From Priapulus caudatus (lineage: Eukaryota), in assembly GCF_000485595.1 (NCBI RefSeq), contig NW_014577088.1, positions 920,876-966,681 on the forward strand: a stretch of 45,806 nt of DNA. The letters run 5' to 3'. How positions within the stretch are numbered: position 1 is the first letter of the stretch; each line of letters begins with the position of its first letter. Positions 1-11,659 of the stretch are shown one piece after another. A model generated the notes under the pieces. The model was not told where the DNA came from and made no database searches. It saw only the letters and a list, made by a program, of their open reading frames with translations. Both the position numbers and the translations under genes were made by a program.

Positions 1-452
1 GTCTCGCACTATCGCGAGATTCCGAGATTCCGAGAGTCCGAGATTCGCACGTAATGGCAGCGGAAATCAAAACGAGTAATCAGAATTCGAATCATGCATG
101 GTTTGTTGAATACGAAGGTTCTACGATATGTTATCGTTACTCTAGATAGTTGTTGTCACTGAAGCAATAACGGTTAGTATCGTAAAAGTGGGTAAAATAC
201 GAGACCGGCCGGAAATTATTTTGTGAAATCCTGGCTATTTAAAGAACCAGATTTTCATGCACATACGTACGTAGGCAACGCGCTCTATTCATAATTGTTA
301 AGGCGAGGCGAAAATGTTATAGTGTAGTAAGTAAACGTGGCCGCCCAGAAAAACAAAATTAGCTCGGGGGAGAGATGACGGAGAGACGAGGAAAGACGAG
401 CAAAAGAACGGGTGTGTGAGCGAAACGGTGTGCGTGCTTCATGCGTGTGCGT

Positions 453-506
453 GTTAGGGTGGTGTGGGGCTAGGGTTAGGGTTAGGGTTAGGGTGGTGTG
501 GGGCTA
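453..506 (+). repeat. Short interstitial telomere-like tract (TTAGGG units between two copies of GTTAGGGTGGTGTGGGGCTA)
   Basis: Read directly: 20-bp direct repeat at 453-472 and 487-506 with GGGTTAGGGTTAGG between. Confidence 0.85.
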
Positions 507-615
507 TAACTATTAATAATAATTATTCACATGACTGCACAATGTAATGAAAGTGTCAATGACACTGTAGCTCACCGTGGGTGTGATAGAAGAAGGAAGG
601 GATATATATATAAAG

Positions 616-673
616 CAAGAGTATATATGGGAGAACTCCCATTATATAGCATATCTCCCATTATATACTCTTG
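616..673. mobile_element. 58-bp mini TIR element, CAAGAG family
   Basis: CAAGAGTATATATGGGAGA ... TCTCCCATTATATACTCTTG inverted ends; same terminal motif as 6017-6396. No clean TSD. Confidence 0.6.
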
Positions 674-856
674 ATAATGATATATATGCATAAGTTTTGA
701 TGCGAAAATAAATGTTTCAGATCTGAAAGTCTGAAATCTTGACGAGAGATGGTGCTACGCCTAAATGATCACCATTTTGGTTTTCGAATATCGCGCAAAT
801 AAAAACAATAAAATATTCCAGTCAAATTACTGTAACGAAGAATCTAAAACACAATA

Positions 857-1282
857 GGCGCGTTCACACTGGCGCGAATAAGCGGGATGCAAATCCCGGT
901 TTTTTTGGCATCGCGATGGAAATACCGAGATTATTACATGCGTGAACGCAATAATTCGACTAATAATTGCGATCAGCATCGCGCTCCAAATCGCACTTTT
1001 GACTGCGATTATTTGGAATTAGCGCGATTATTTGCGTGTGTGACCTTCGCGCAAATAATCCCGGTATTTTCTATCCTATGCATTTCAAGCGAGTAAGCAG
1101 TTTGAGCTATGCGCAGTAAGCGATCATTGCCGGCAGTGAGCATGGCCAGTTCGATTAATAGAATTATCCCCCCGCTCAGGATAGCGAGATATTTCCGCTT
1201 GTTGGTGAAACAACGTACAATTATCATCGGTATTTGCATCCGGCGATGCTATCGCGGTTTTTTCTTGTGTGTGAAAAGCGCC
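857..1282. mobile_element. MITE with GGCGCGTTCACAC TIRs
   Basis: Left end TA-GGCGCGTTCACAC. Right end is noisy here (GTGTGAAAAGCGCC) but perfect in the duplicate at 17428-17440 (GTGTGAACGCGCC-TA). Internal inverted pair GGATGCAAAT / ATTTGCATCC. Confidence 0.75.
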
Positions 1283-2035
1283 TGATTATTACACGTATGT
1301 AGGTATGAATTGTAGAAGTTGTTAACCATGTAACGAAATAAACGTAATATAGAGCGTGTCTATACTCTCCCATAGGAGTAATACAATTACTGACTTTGGG
1401 GCTATAAAGCCTTTACAACATTCATATATCGCAAAATTGAATCAAAAACTGAATGAATATAGATGGCCTTTTCATTTTTGGCCAAAAAGTGGGCCATGGC
1501 TCAGAAAGTAGGTTTACGCGTTGCTTCGCAAATAGGACGTTAAATATCTCCATAGCCGCCAAAAGTAAAAACTGTATGCAATTTTGAAACATGTGGGTCA
1601 AAACGGTTCCTTGAGTCATGTCGTTGACTGTAGGCTGAGCCACATGCAGAATGCAATAGTGCAATTGCCAAAATTACTGCTGATTTGCATAATAAAAAAT
1701 AATAAAAACCCGTGTGATATGTTTTTGGGGGCAGTCCTTATTCATTCCACAATCAGAACTGAGAAAAAATCCGTTGAACTGAACTGACTTATTGGCCATT
1801 TCCATTTTTGAGGACGAGACGGCGAGCGAGGAGACGGACGACGGACGGACGGACGGACGGAGACGGAGGACGGGACACACCCATGGCAATAGCTCATTCT
1901 GAGATGTCAAGGGAAGCTAAAAATGCCGGCAATGAAAGCCATGGTAATAACTACTTCATGTTAACTATTAAACAGCAGTCGTTTCATGAATGAACGTATT
2001 ATTATTATATCTTTACAGGGGAAAACGTTTGCCAA
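993..2035 (+). repeat. Copy A of a ~1 kb direct duplication (copy B at 17164-18145)
   Basis: Colinear match from GCACTTTTGACTGCGATTATTTGG to GGGGAAAACGTTTG; the copies differ mainly by scattered 1-bp indels. Confidence 0.95.
1300..1923 (-). mobile_element. Helentron/DINE-1/pearl-like non-autonomous element (HINE), noisy copy; distal end not defined
   Basis: Minus strand begins TTTTTAGCT with a terminal stem-loop followed by a degenerate (GTCC)n tract. A cleaner copy is at 17460-18046. Confidence 0.6.
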
Positions 2036-2177
2036 TATAATCACGCCACGCAATGTCATTCAGGCAGGCGAAAGTGGCGCCCGTTACGACAGTGCGTCAA
2101 GGTACGACGTGACGCGTCAGTACACGGATGGCGGGCCTCGTGTTGGGAAGCCAGGACCAAAAGGGTTCGCACATGGA

Positions 2178-2340
2178 TGTGCGTGTGTGTGTGTGTGTGT
2201 GTGTGGTGTGTTGTGTTGTGTGTGTGTTTGTTGTGCGTGCGTTCGTGCGTGTGTGTGTGTGTGTGTGAGCGTTGCGATGCGTTTGTTAAACTTGTGTGCT
2301 CGTTGACTTGTGGCGTGCGTGCGGTGGTGGTGTGTGGCTT
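2178..2340. repeat. Imperfect (GT)n/(GCGT)n microsatellite
   Basis: Direct reading. Confidence 0.9.
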
Positions 2341-3069
2341 ATGTGAGGCGACAGCGCAGAACAGGCCCAGGCAGCCTGTCAAGCGAGACTGATTTACCAC
2401 ATAGCATACTACATGCTCCGCGCCGTATTTGACAGCGTTGGGCGTTTTGGAATCGATGCGATTTAGACACGTACCGCCAAAGTATAACCGATTACGGGCA
2501 AAATGCATCAAGATTTGCGTGGCGCCTGTTCTAAAACTTGTTCAATGACCAACGGCGTTTTATGCAATGTTGTATTCCACGCAACGATACCGTAGCGCAG
2601 TGCTCTCTCTCTATCCCTTTTCTGTCCTCTTTCTCTCTCCCTCTCCTCCCCTCCCTGTCTCTCTCTCTTCGTCTCTCTCATCTCTCTCTCGTAAGCAAGG
2701 CACGCATCTGCTTATAGAAGCGCGCACGCGCCCACGGCACAGGCCGCACGCATCGGCACGGCACGGCACGCTCGGCAAGCCCGGCACGCCGCCTAGAAGT
2801 TGGCATTGTTTTCACACCCGCGACGCAACTCCTAAGCGCTCGCAGCAAGGATGTATCACACTCGTTTGTTCACGCGCGCACAACGACAATCACAGGCACG
2901 TGCCACGCACATTTGCATCAGTCATTAACTGCATCGGACATTTTGCTCGTTTTAATAGCCGCAGCGCGTAGTTTTCAACATTTATTTGGACTTGGCAACT
3001 TTTATTGACGCACGGTGAAAAACGGAGTGTTTGTGAAGTCGGAGTAGCGCGTGGGGTTTTCTCTGTCGT

Positions 3070-3306
3070 ACGAGAAAGGAGAGAGAGAGAGGAGAGAGGG
3101 AGAGAGAGAGACGAAGAAAGAGTGAGCAAGAATGAAAGCGTGAGAAATGGAGAGAGAGAGAGCGCGAGAAGAGATGGAGCGAGAGGGGGGGAGAAGTGGG
3201 CGCCTGCGGCGAAGAGATGAGATGGCTAGGAGAGAGAAAGAGATGCTAGAGAGAGAGATCTAAGAGAGAGAGAGAGAGGAGAGATCTAAGAAGAGAGAGA
3301 GATCTT

Positions 3307-3341
<35 letters not shown>

Positions 3342-3353
3342 AGAGAGGAGAGA

Positions 3354-3405
<52 letters not shown>

Positions 3406-3416
3406 GAGGAGAGATG

Positions 3417-3449
<33 letters not shown>

Positions 3450-3506
3450 AAAGAGAGAGAGAGAGAGAGAGAGATAGAGAGGAGAGATGAGAGAGAGATA
3501 GATGAG

Positions 3507-3572
<66 letters not shown>

Positions 3573-3731
3573 CAGCGATACAGAGTACGAGACAGAGACA
3601 GAGACAGAGGCTAGAGACGAGAAAGAGACAGAGACAGAGACAGAGCGAAGACAAAGCGACGCGACAAGCGACAAAGAGACATGAGACGAGACGAGCAGAG
3701 AAGGACAGAGAAAAGAGAGAGAGCAGAGAGA

Positions 3732-3765
<34 letters not shown>

Positions 3766-3775
3766 GAGAGAGAGA

Positions 3776-3811
<36 letters not shown>

Positions 3812-3827
3812 AGAGGAGAGAGAAGAG

Positions 3828-3868
<41 letters not shown>

Positions 3869-4075
3869 GAGAGAGAGAGAGAGAGAGGAGGAGAGAGAGT
3901 AGCGATACAGAGAACAGAGAGAGATAGAGACGAGAGAGACAGAGAGACAGGAGACAGAGAGACAAGAGAGACAGAGGACAGAGAGACAGAGAGACAGAGG
4001 AGAGAGAGACTAAGAGGAGAACGAGAGATCAGAGACAGAGCGAGACGAGACAGAGACGAGAGCGAGAGAGAGGAG

Positions 4076-4125
<50 letters not shown>

Positions 4126-4210
4126 GAGGGGCAGAGAGAGAGAGAGAGAGGAAAAGAGCGAGAGAGAGAGCGAGGGAGGGAGGGAGGGAGGGAGAGAGAG
4201 AGAGAAAGAG

Positions 4211-4251
<41 letters not shown>

Positions 4252-4260
4252 CGAGAGAAG
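3070..4260. repeat. ~1.2 kb imperfect (GA)n microsatellite with GAGACA stretches
   Basis: Direct reading; explains the poly-SL/RE ORFs. Confidence 0.97.
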
Positions 4261-5140
4261 GGAAGGTATGTGCACCCACGGTGTGGCTGCGAGCACGCGA
4301 GGCATCCGGCCGATTCGTCGGCGACAACGATGATGTCATGTTCTCAGCCATCGATCGCAGAGCGCGCGTTAAAGGGCTTATACCCTATGTAACGCAACGA
4401 CATTATGGGCTGCGCTGTGCACGTGTTAACGCGAAACTAGAAGCCGCCTTCGTTAAATTTGTTCTCAGCAGCGGATTTCGAATTATACGACAGTTATATG
4501 CGTGAGGCAACGCAAGCGCAGGGATGGGATGCGTGGACGCTTAACTGTGCCCTAGGGTGGGTGAAGGAGGGACCGTTCGGGGGGTCGTTGAGGTTGAGCC
4601 GGGGGAAGAGGCACAGCAGGATAAGGTTGGCTAGAGCGTCAAGAAACACATACTATATAGGGGGTGGAATAACTGCAGCGGTAGTGAACGAAACTGAACG
4701 GTGGAGAGCAAAGCGCGGCATAAGTCATCAGCGGTCTATTGTGTACATTGGTAGGCGAAAAAAGAAATGGTGTCACGTGAGTGATAGTGAGAAATTAAAT
4801 AATAGAATAAGATATATATATATATATAGAAAGAGAAGTACATGTAGAGAATAGATAGATAGTATATAGATAGATAGACAGGACGAGAGGGAGCGAGAGG
4901 GAGAGAGAGAAGAGGATGAGAGAGAGAGAGAGGACTGGAGAGAGCGAAAGAAAGAGAGAGAAAAAGTGAGTGGTGCGTGCTTGCGTGCGTGCGTGCGTGC
5001 TGTGCAGTGCGTTGCGGGACGTCGGCTGTTTACAGCGCGCGTGAATGAGCATGTGAGCCAAGGCTTTTGGCGGAATCGAGCCAGCATGTCAGGAACAGAT
5101 CGAATTGTCAAGTAAGCGCCGTTGCACGAGAGAGAGAGAG

Positions 5141-5183
<43 letters not shown>

Positions 5184-6016
5184 AGGGGACAGAGAGGAAG
5201 GAGGGAGAGAGAGATGGCTAGATACGCAGCATTTTGTTAACGAACTGCGAGCTAACGAACCGTCTACATGTGCATGCACGCACGCTCCCGCGCCGCGCCC
5301 CTACCTGCCCCTTGCGCCGCGCTAAGTGCGGACGCGTGTCCGGCGGACGCAGTGGCAATTAGGAAATTTCATGGTTGGTTTGGAGTACAACCTAAATCAG
5401 CAGGCACGGTGCGCGCGTGGAGACACTGGCCGCCAGGTAGAGCGAGCAGCGCGCAATATCACGGCCCCGCACGCTAACGAACGAGAGACGAGAATACGAT
5501 TAGGCATATATACGGTATTACGTTTGTATCGCGATTACTGACAAATTCTGTTAATGTCATACTTGCTGCTGCGTGTGCTGTGTCTGTATAGCGCAGGTTC
5601 AGATTTTCACCTTGTTTCCTGTACTAGGATCCAATTGTAGAAATTCATTGGCTAAGCTTAGAGCCATATGCTTAGCATCCGGCCGTGTGAAATACAGATA
5701 CAATATCGTAACCCACCAGCGTAGGGTTACGCTATTCTGTTGGGGTATAATATTGTCTCTATACGTGAAACAGAGCGCAGGTGGTATACTAAACGATAAA
5801 CTATATACATTATTTCGTGAAGTTCATTTCAATTTCGTCGATTACAGTCGATGGAAACACCTCTCAGTCTGCATAAATATATAATATTCGTGTGCGAAGT
5901 GTTTTACATGATTCGTGATCACGCGGTAACATGGGTTGGTTTCACAGCGCTACATCGTTTTCATCGTTGCAGACACCGGCATTGTACGTCAATGAATAAA
6001 ATACTATCATCAATAT

Positions 6017-6396
6017 CAAGAGTAGATAATAACACAAGAGTTACACACCCGATTCCCGCATTTTTAACCGATTTTTCTCATTAAAATTTGCCACCAATAA
6101 AGAAGCAAGTGTAACGCGTATGGCGCCACTATAGCTTCAAATTGTGGCTTAACACCTCTACACAATAGCGGTAAATTGTGCGAATTCAGCTCGTGCAAGA
6201 TTACGATTTACAGCAATACGCTAGCAAATATATGTAAACAAATATCAGTACCATGCACGAAGGTGAGTGACTAGTGGTCATAATAAGCTGAGGAACGTGT
6301 ACACTTGCTTCTTTATTGGTGGCAAATTTGGATGAGAAAAATCGGTTAAAAATGCGGGAATCGGGTGTGTAACTCTTGTGTTATTATCTACTCTTG
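6017..6396. mobile_element. 380-bp foldback element, 97-bp TIRs, 7-bp TSD (P-superfamily/Galileo-like)
   Basis: Arms 6017-6113 and 6300-6396 are near-perfect inverted repeats starting CAAGAGTAGATAATA. TCAATAT is duplicated at 6010-6016 and 6397-6403. Superfamily is inferred from CA termini and the 7-bp TSD. Confidence 0.85.
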
Positions 6397-6774
6397 TCAA
6401 TATGCAGCAACCAATTAGCATACACCCAAAAACTATACACATTATTTTTGACGAGAGAAATTCACATGTACGTATATCGATGTTTTTTGTTTCGCTGACG
6501 ATCACAAAAAGCGCAGCCTAGCAAGCCAAAAACATAAATAGCACGACAGTCGCGCGCACGCATGCCAGCCGATAGCTTCCGTTAAGTGCATGCGGATGTG
6601 TCGCGACCAACTGCTTAGCTGTGAGGGACAGCTGGCATGTTGGCATGTTAGGAGGGCATGCTACGAGGAGAGGTGTGCTCGTATGTTGCTAATATATATG
6701 ACATATATATATATTATAGTATATATGGTCAGGTAACTGGCTGTAAACGTTGTCGTCGTCACCTGTGCGCACAT

Positions 6775-7775
6775 GGTCGCGTGTGCGTGTGCGCGTGTGC
6801 TATGCGTGGTGTGTGTGCGTGGTGTTGTGCGTGACGTGTGGTGCGTGGTGTGGCCGTCGGTGCGGCGTGGTGCGGTGGTGGGAACGGGGTGCGCGTGAAT
6901 GTGGCGTGGGTGGTGGCGCGTGGTGTTCGAGTGGTTGCGCGGTGTGTCTGCGTGTGCGCGTGATTGTGCGTGGTGTGGGTGGCGCCGTGGTGTTAGTGGT
7001 GCGCGTGTGCGTGGTTGCGCGTGGTGTTAGTGGTCGCAGTGTGCGTGTGGGCCGTCGGTGCGCTGGTCGCGTGGTGTGTGTGCGTGGTGTGGCGTTGTGC
7101 GTGGTGTGCGTGGTGTGCGCGGTGTGCGTGTGCGCGTGGTGCGTGGTGCGTGGTGTGCGCGGTGTGCTGGCGGTGCTGCGTTGTGGCGCCCGTGGTGTCG
7201 TGTGTGGCGTGGATGATGCGTTGTGGCCGCGTGGTGTGGCGTGGTGCGCCGGTGGTGCGCGGGTGCGCGTGGTGTGCGTGGTGCGTGTGCGTGGTGTCCG
7301 CGGTGCGCGTGTGCGCGGTGCGCGTGCGTGGTGGTGCGTGGTGTGCGTGGTCACCGAGTGAGTGCGCCGTGTGTGCGTCGTTGTGCGTGTGCGTGGTGGC
7401 GTGGTGTGCGTGGGTTGTGGGCGTCGGTGTGCGTGGTGATGTGGTGCGCGTTGGTGTGTGGTGCCACGTGGTGTCTCGTGGTGCGCGTGGTGTGCGTGTG
7501 GTGTGTGGATGTGGCGTGGTAGCGTGGTGGCGCGTGGTGTGCGTGTGAGCGTGTGTGTGTGTTACGTCGTGGCGTGTGGCGTGGTGCGCGTGATGCGTTG
7601 GCTTGTTCATGGTGCGCGTCGTGTGCGTGGTGTGTGTGGGGTGCGTGGTGGCGCGTGGTGTCGGCGTGGTGTGCGTGAGTGTGCGTGGTGGCGCGGTGGG
7701 TGCGATGGTGTGCGCGGTGCGTGGTGCGCGTGGTGTGTGTGTGCGCGGTGAGATGTGCGTGGCTGCGTGTGGTGC
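6775..7775. repeat. ~1 kb degenerate GT/GCGT/GTG low-complexity tract
   Basis: Almost A-free plus strand built of GTGGTGTGCGC-like words; source of the V/C/R and H/T-rich ORFs. Confidence 0.9.
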
Positions 7776-7849
7776 GTTGTTTTTTTCCGTCGACTTCGCA
7801 TCGAGATTAAAGGATTCACTCTGTCGCGAGGTGGGCAGAGGCAGCGCGA

Positions 7850-7864
7850 TACAGAGAGAGAGAT

Positions 7865-7898
<34 letters not shown>

Positions 7899-8105
7899 CG
7901 AGAAATGCGAGAGAAGCGAAGAATGCGAAGAGAGAGAGAGCGAAAGAGAGAGAGAGAAATGAGAAAGAGAGAGAGAGAGAGAGAGTAGAGAGAGAGAGCA
8001 GAGCTGAGAGAGAGAGAAATGAGAAAGAAAGAGAGAGAGCAGAGAGAGCGAGAGAGCGAGGGAGAGAGAATGAGAAATGAGAGAGAGAGAGAGAGAGAGG
8101 AGAGA
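7850..8105. repeat. Imperfect (GA)n microsatellite
   Basis: Direct reading. Confidence 0.93.
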
Positions 8106-9021
8106 CCCATTGCCCCTGCGTTATTGCTAGCAGTCCATGCATATATACTAGCGATCAAAATGTGAATCGCAAACACGGCAGCAGAAAAGAAATCATGGCC
8201 GCACCGCCACCACTATACTTTAGCACTTGCCAATCTGCGCTCACGCGTACTGCGCGGGCCTACGTTGTCATGGGGACAGACCCGCGAACGTTCATTTTTC
8301 AGAAATGTAAACTATCCGTCAGGCGGTATCCGATCGCGTTGTTTATTATAGCACCAAATCCCCCGTAAACAACTTCTTTTTCTGCATGGCGGCTTCAAAT
8401 CGCGTTTCACACCGAAGAGCAGTATAGCCTTCGCGTTCGAAAATGGGAGCAAAATAGCTCAATCAATTGTCTATCGAAGAATACTTATATCGGCTAAAGA
8501 CTACAAATTTAAGTCTAAAAAAACGCAGGGGCCTGCCGTGAAGCGATATTCTGCCTTCGCCAGCCTTGGTCGCGGCTGGTCGTTTAGTCAACGTCCGCTA
8601 TAAAACACATGCGCTATTGCGACGGCAGGAAGCATTGAGTGACTTCCAGCATAACTCGGTTCATACGTGTTTTTAGCAGCACTCTGCGCAGATGTGAATG
8701 ACAACGTGTACGCAGTACCGACCTAGTCAGCAACTTAGATAAACGCCTCCCGCCGCTGCGCCGCGCGGCCGGCGCCTGCCCCTATAAACGCGTCAACAGA
8801 CGAGACGCGATACGAAGGAATCAGGTCCATGATGCGCGCAGCTCCCTACTGGAATCTCTTCGGTGTCCAATGCCGAATACCATGAACTCGATGTAGATGG
8901 CATCAATTCACCTAGTGGACTGTTTGACTACCATTCAGTGCGCGTGAAGCTACTTGGCATTTACAATCATCCTGCGAATTCCTTGTACTGCGCTATGCTA
9001 TGCTGATGATGCTCCATCAAT

Positions 9022-9051
9022 GTCTCGGTCTCTCTCTCTCTCTCTCTCTTG

Positions 9052-9089
<38 letters not shown>

Positions 9090-9670
9090 CTTTTTCGTCT
9101 CCTCTCTCTCTCTCTCTCTCGGTCTCCGCTCTCTCTCGTTCTCAGAAAGACCGCCTACCTTCTCCCCTGCCACTCCCCTTCTACGTCTCCTTCTACATCC
9201 CACTCTCCATCTCCCTCTCCCTCCTTTTCCCTCTCCCTTCTCCCTCTCCCTCCTTTTCCTCTCTCCCTTCTCCCTCTCACTCTGTCCATCTCCCTTCATA
9301 TCTTTGGATCGCTTCAGCTCGCCTGTCTCTGTCTTTCTCCTTCCCCTCTCCCCCTTTTCCTCTCCCTCTCCCTCTCCCCCCTCTTCCTCTCCCTCTTTCC
9401 CTCTGCTTCTGTATCTCCATTTCCCCCTCTCTTTCTTCCTCTCCTTTCTCTCTCGTCCTCTCCCCTCTCGCCCCCTCATTTCTTCCCCCTCGATATCTTT
9501 GTTTCTATCTCTCTTCCTCTACGCTCTCCCTCTCCCCTCTCCTGCCTCATCCTCTCCCTCTCCCTCTCCCGATCGTCCTCTCCCTCTCTCTTCCCTCTAT
9601 ACGCATCTCCCGTCTCACGCTCTCCTCCTTCCATCCTCCCTTCTTCGTTTCTCACATCACTCTCTTCTCT
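9022..9670. repeat. Polypyrimidine (CT/CCT) low-complexity tract
   Basis: Direct reading. Confidence 0.93.
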
Positions 9671-11636
9671 TATTGTCATGTCGCAACACGCCCCTCTTCT
9701 CTCTACATGCCCTAGCTCGCTCGTCGCTTTGCTTATTTTCTCCCATTTTAACCTCGCTTGGTGTGTTACCTCCCTGTTTGCTGCTTTAATCCCTACTACC
9801 CGGCACTCGCCCACATGAACCAAACGACCGTTCCACGTTTGACTCCCCCTCGCCTAACCCTTTCCTTTCCCTACTCATGCGTGTTCGTTTTTCCGTGCAT
9901 GTTCTTTGATTCAAATGACCGGTGGAAAGTATACCAACTCACAACCATACTGGCAGCAAAATTATCCGCAATATTATTGCAGTTCCGGGCCGGCTTGGAA
10001 ATGTTAAGCAGGTGTCTCCGGCAACAGAATGCGCGGCACTAGCTTTGCGCAACTGATTGCATGCATTGCCATATTGTATAGCAAATCCTAAACAGCCCGT
10101 CGCATTTAGCGTGCACGCGGCAACACGTCAGCTTTGCACAGCTCCCTGTATCAATATCAGCGTGCGTGAAACGCCCAGCCCGTCCGTTTGAATAGGCCTG
10201 CCAGGTGTGTCATCACGGCAGGCCATCCATAGCAGGCCGCTGAACTGTCGCTGTTTGCCGCCAATTACTGTATTGTTTCTCCAAATCAGTAACTCTTGGC
10301 ATCAATCCCCTCATCTTATCGCTTTGACATTTTTCTTCGGCCGTGCCTTTCTGTTATCTCCGACCCTTTACCCGGTGTATTCGTCTAAATTCTCCGCTGT
10401 CGATAAAATTAAAAGGTTTCAATCTGGCCGCATGGCCAATAATTCTGCCTTTGTCTTTTGGACGCTTGACCTCCTTTCCGCGCCTTTATCGAATCGTTCT
10501 CCTATACGAGTCGATCTTTCAAACGCAAACTTATCCTAACTCTCCATTTATTTTCTCAAATCTCTCCCGTATCGCGTGTCAGTCACTTTCTGTCTGTCTG
10601 CCCGTGCCGCGCTGTTCCGTCCTCCAGTCTGTTCTGTATGTCTGTCGGCCATGTTGTGTGTCTGCATCTCTGTTCTCAGGTGTTATGTCGCGTCTGTTTT
10701 GTCTGCCTTGTTCACATGGCCTTACAACGTAGGGACTTCACATGCTCTCTGACATGTTAAGCTTCACCAAATATAAATAAGTATAGAAAATAGCGCATCG
10801 CGCTGCGGCCGTTTACACTATGCAATGGGGAATTTATTGGCGGCTTGTTCGTTGTTTTTGCGAATGCGCAGAACTTATAAATGCTATATCCTAATATATG
10901 TTATTCTACTTCGCGTAAAACTCTGACTGTGTTTCATTGCCTGTCAGGATCACATCAACACGTTCTCAACTGCACCGTAAAGCTCTCGCTTTTGGGCGGG
11001 AATTCGGGTGGATTATTTGCTGAAAACGTACAAATACTTCCGCGTGACCTCTGCATATTTGGCGTCAGCGGTGGACTTCAATAGTTCGAAATGTTGAATG
11101 AGGGCCCAGTACAAGACGATGTCGGAGCTGGGCCAGGCATGTCTGCGTTTTCTCAATGCGGGGCCGAGCACCTCTTGGCCGTTGTCTCTGTCATCTTCAT
11201 GCTTACACCGTCTTACCCTGTAATAAGCGCATTCTAAAGTCTCCTACAGATTCGGCCCCCCTCGAGGCTTACTCATGTCAGACAAGTGTAAAAATTACTT
11301 TAGCTGGCGAAATCTCGTGGTACGTGGCGTGGCCAGTTTGAGCGTGTGTATCCCGCGAAAGTTCGCAGTTTGTCTTGGCCGTACTGGTCTATTTCCGTTT
11401 GATGGCGCGAAAAGGCAAACGAAATGCGTTTGCCATCTACTTGGATTGATCTTGTGGTCTTATTTCAAGTGTAGGTGTCCGCGTGAATGATTTAAGAATT
11501 TGCCGCTGAGGGTGTGTAATGGGCCGTAGTATCTCCTCCCGCTGGCACTAATAGCCAGTTCCGTATAGTTCTTTTGATGTACTGCAGCCGGCCCCCTGTC
11601 GAGCGAAACCGGCCCAAACCAACGAGCAAGGTCTAT
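9652..11636 (+). repeat. Arm 1 of a ~1.9 kb inverted duplication (arm 2 at 15338-17165)
   Basis: For example, CCCTACTCATGCGTGTTCGTTTTTCCGTGCATGTTCTTTG (~9870) has its reverse complement at ~16925-16963. The arms are colinear throughout; arm 1 is insertion-rich relative to arm 2. Confidence 0.95.
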
Positions 11637-11659
11637 ATAGTGAACATCGCCATCCACGT

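Noticed and set aside
3246..4351. Long ORFs (239-339 aa) of SL/RE dipeptides; likewise 8954-9818 and 21827-23041
   Set aside because: They are translations of (GA)n/(CT)n microsatellites.
6750..7866. Overlapping V/C/R- and H/T-rich ORFs
   Set aside because: Low-complexity GT tract that is depleted of stop codons by composition.
8745..8830. GC-rich stretch followed by TATAAA (~8783) as a core promoter
   Set aside because: No well-spaced initiator, downstream exon or ORF; the motif alone is insufficient.
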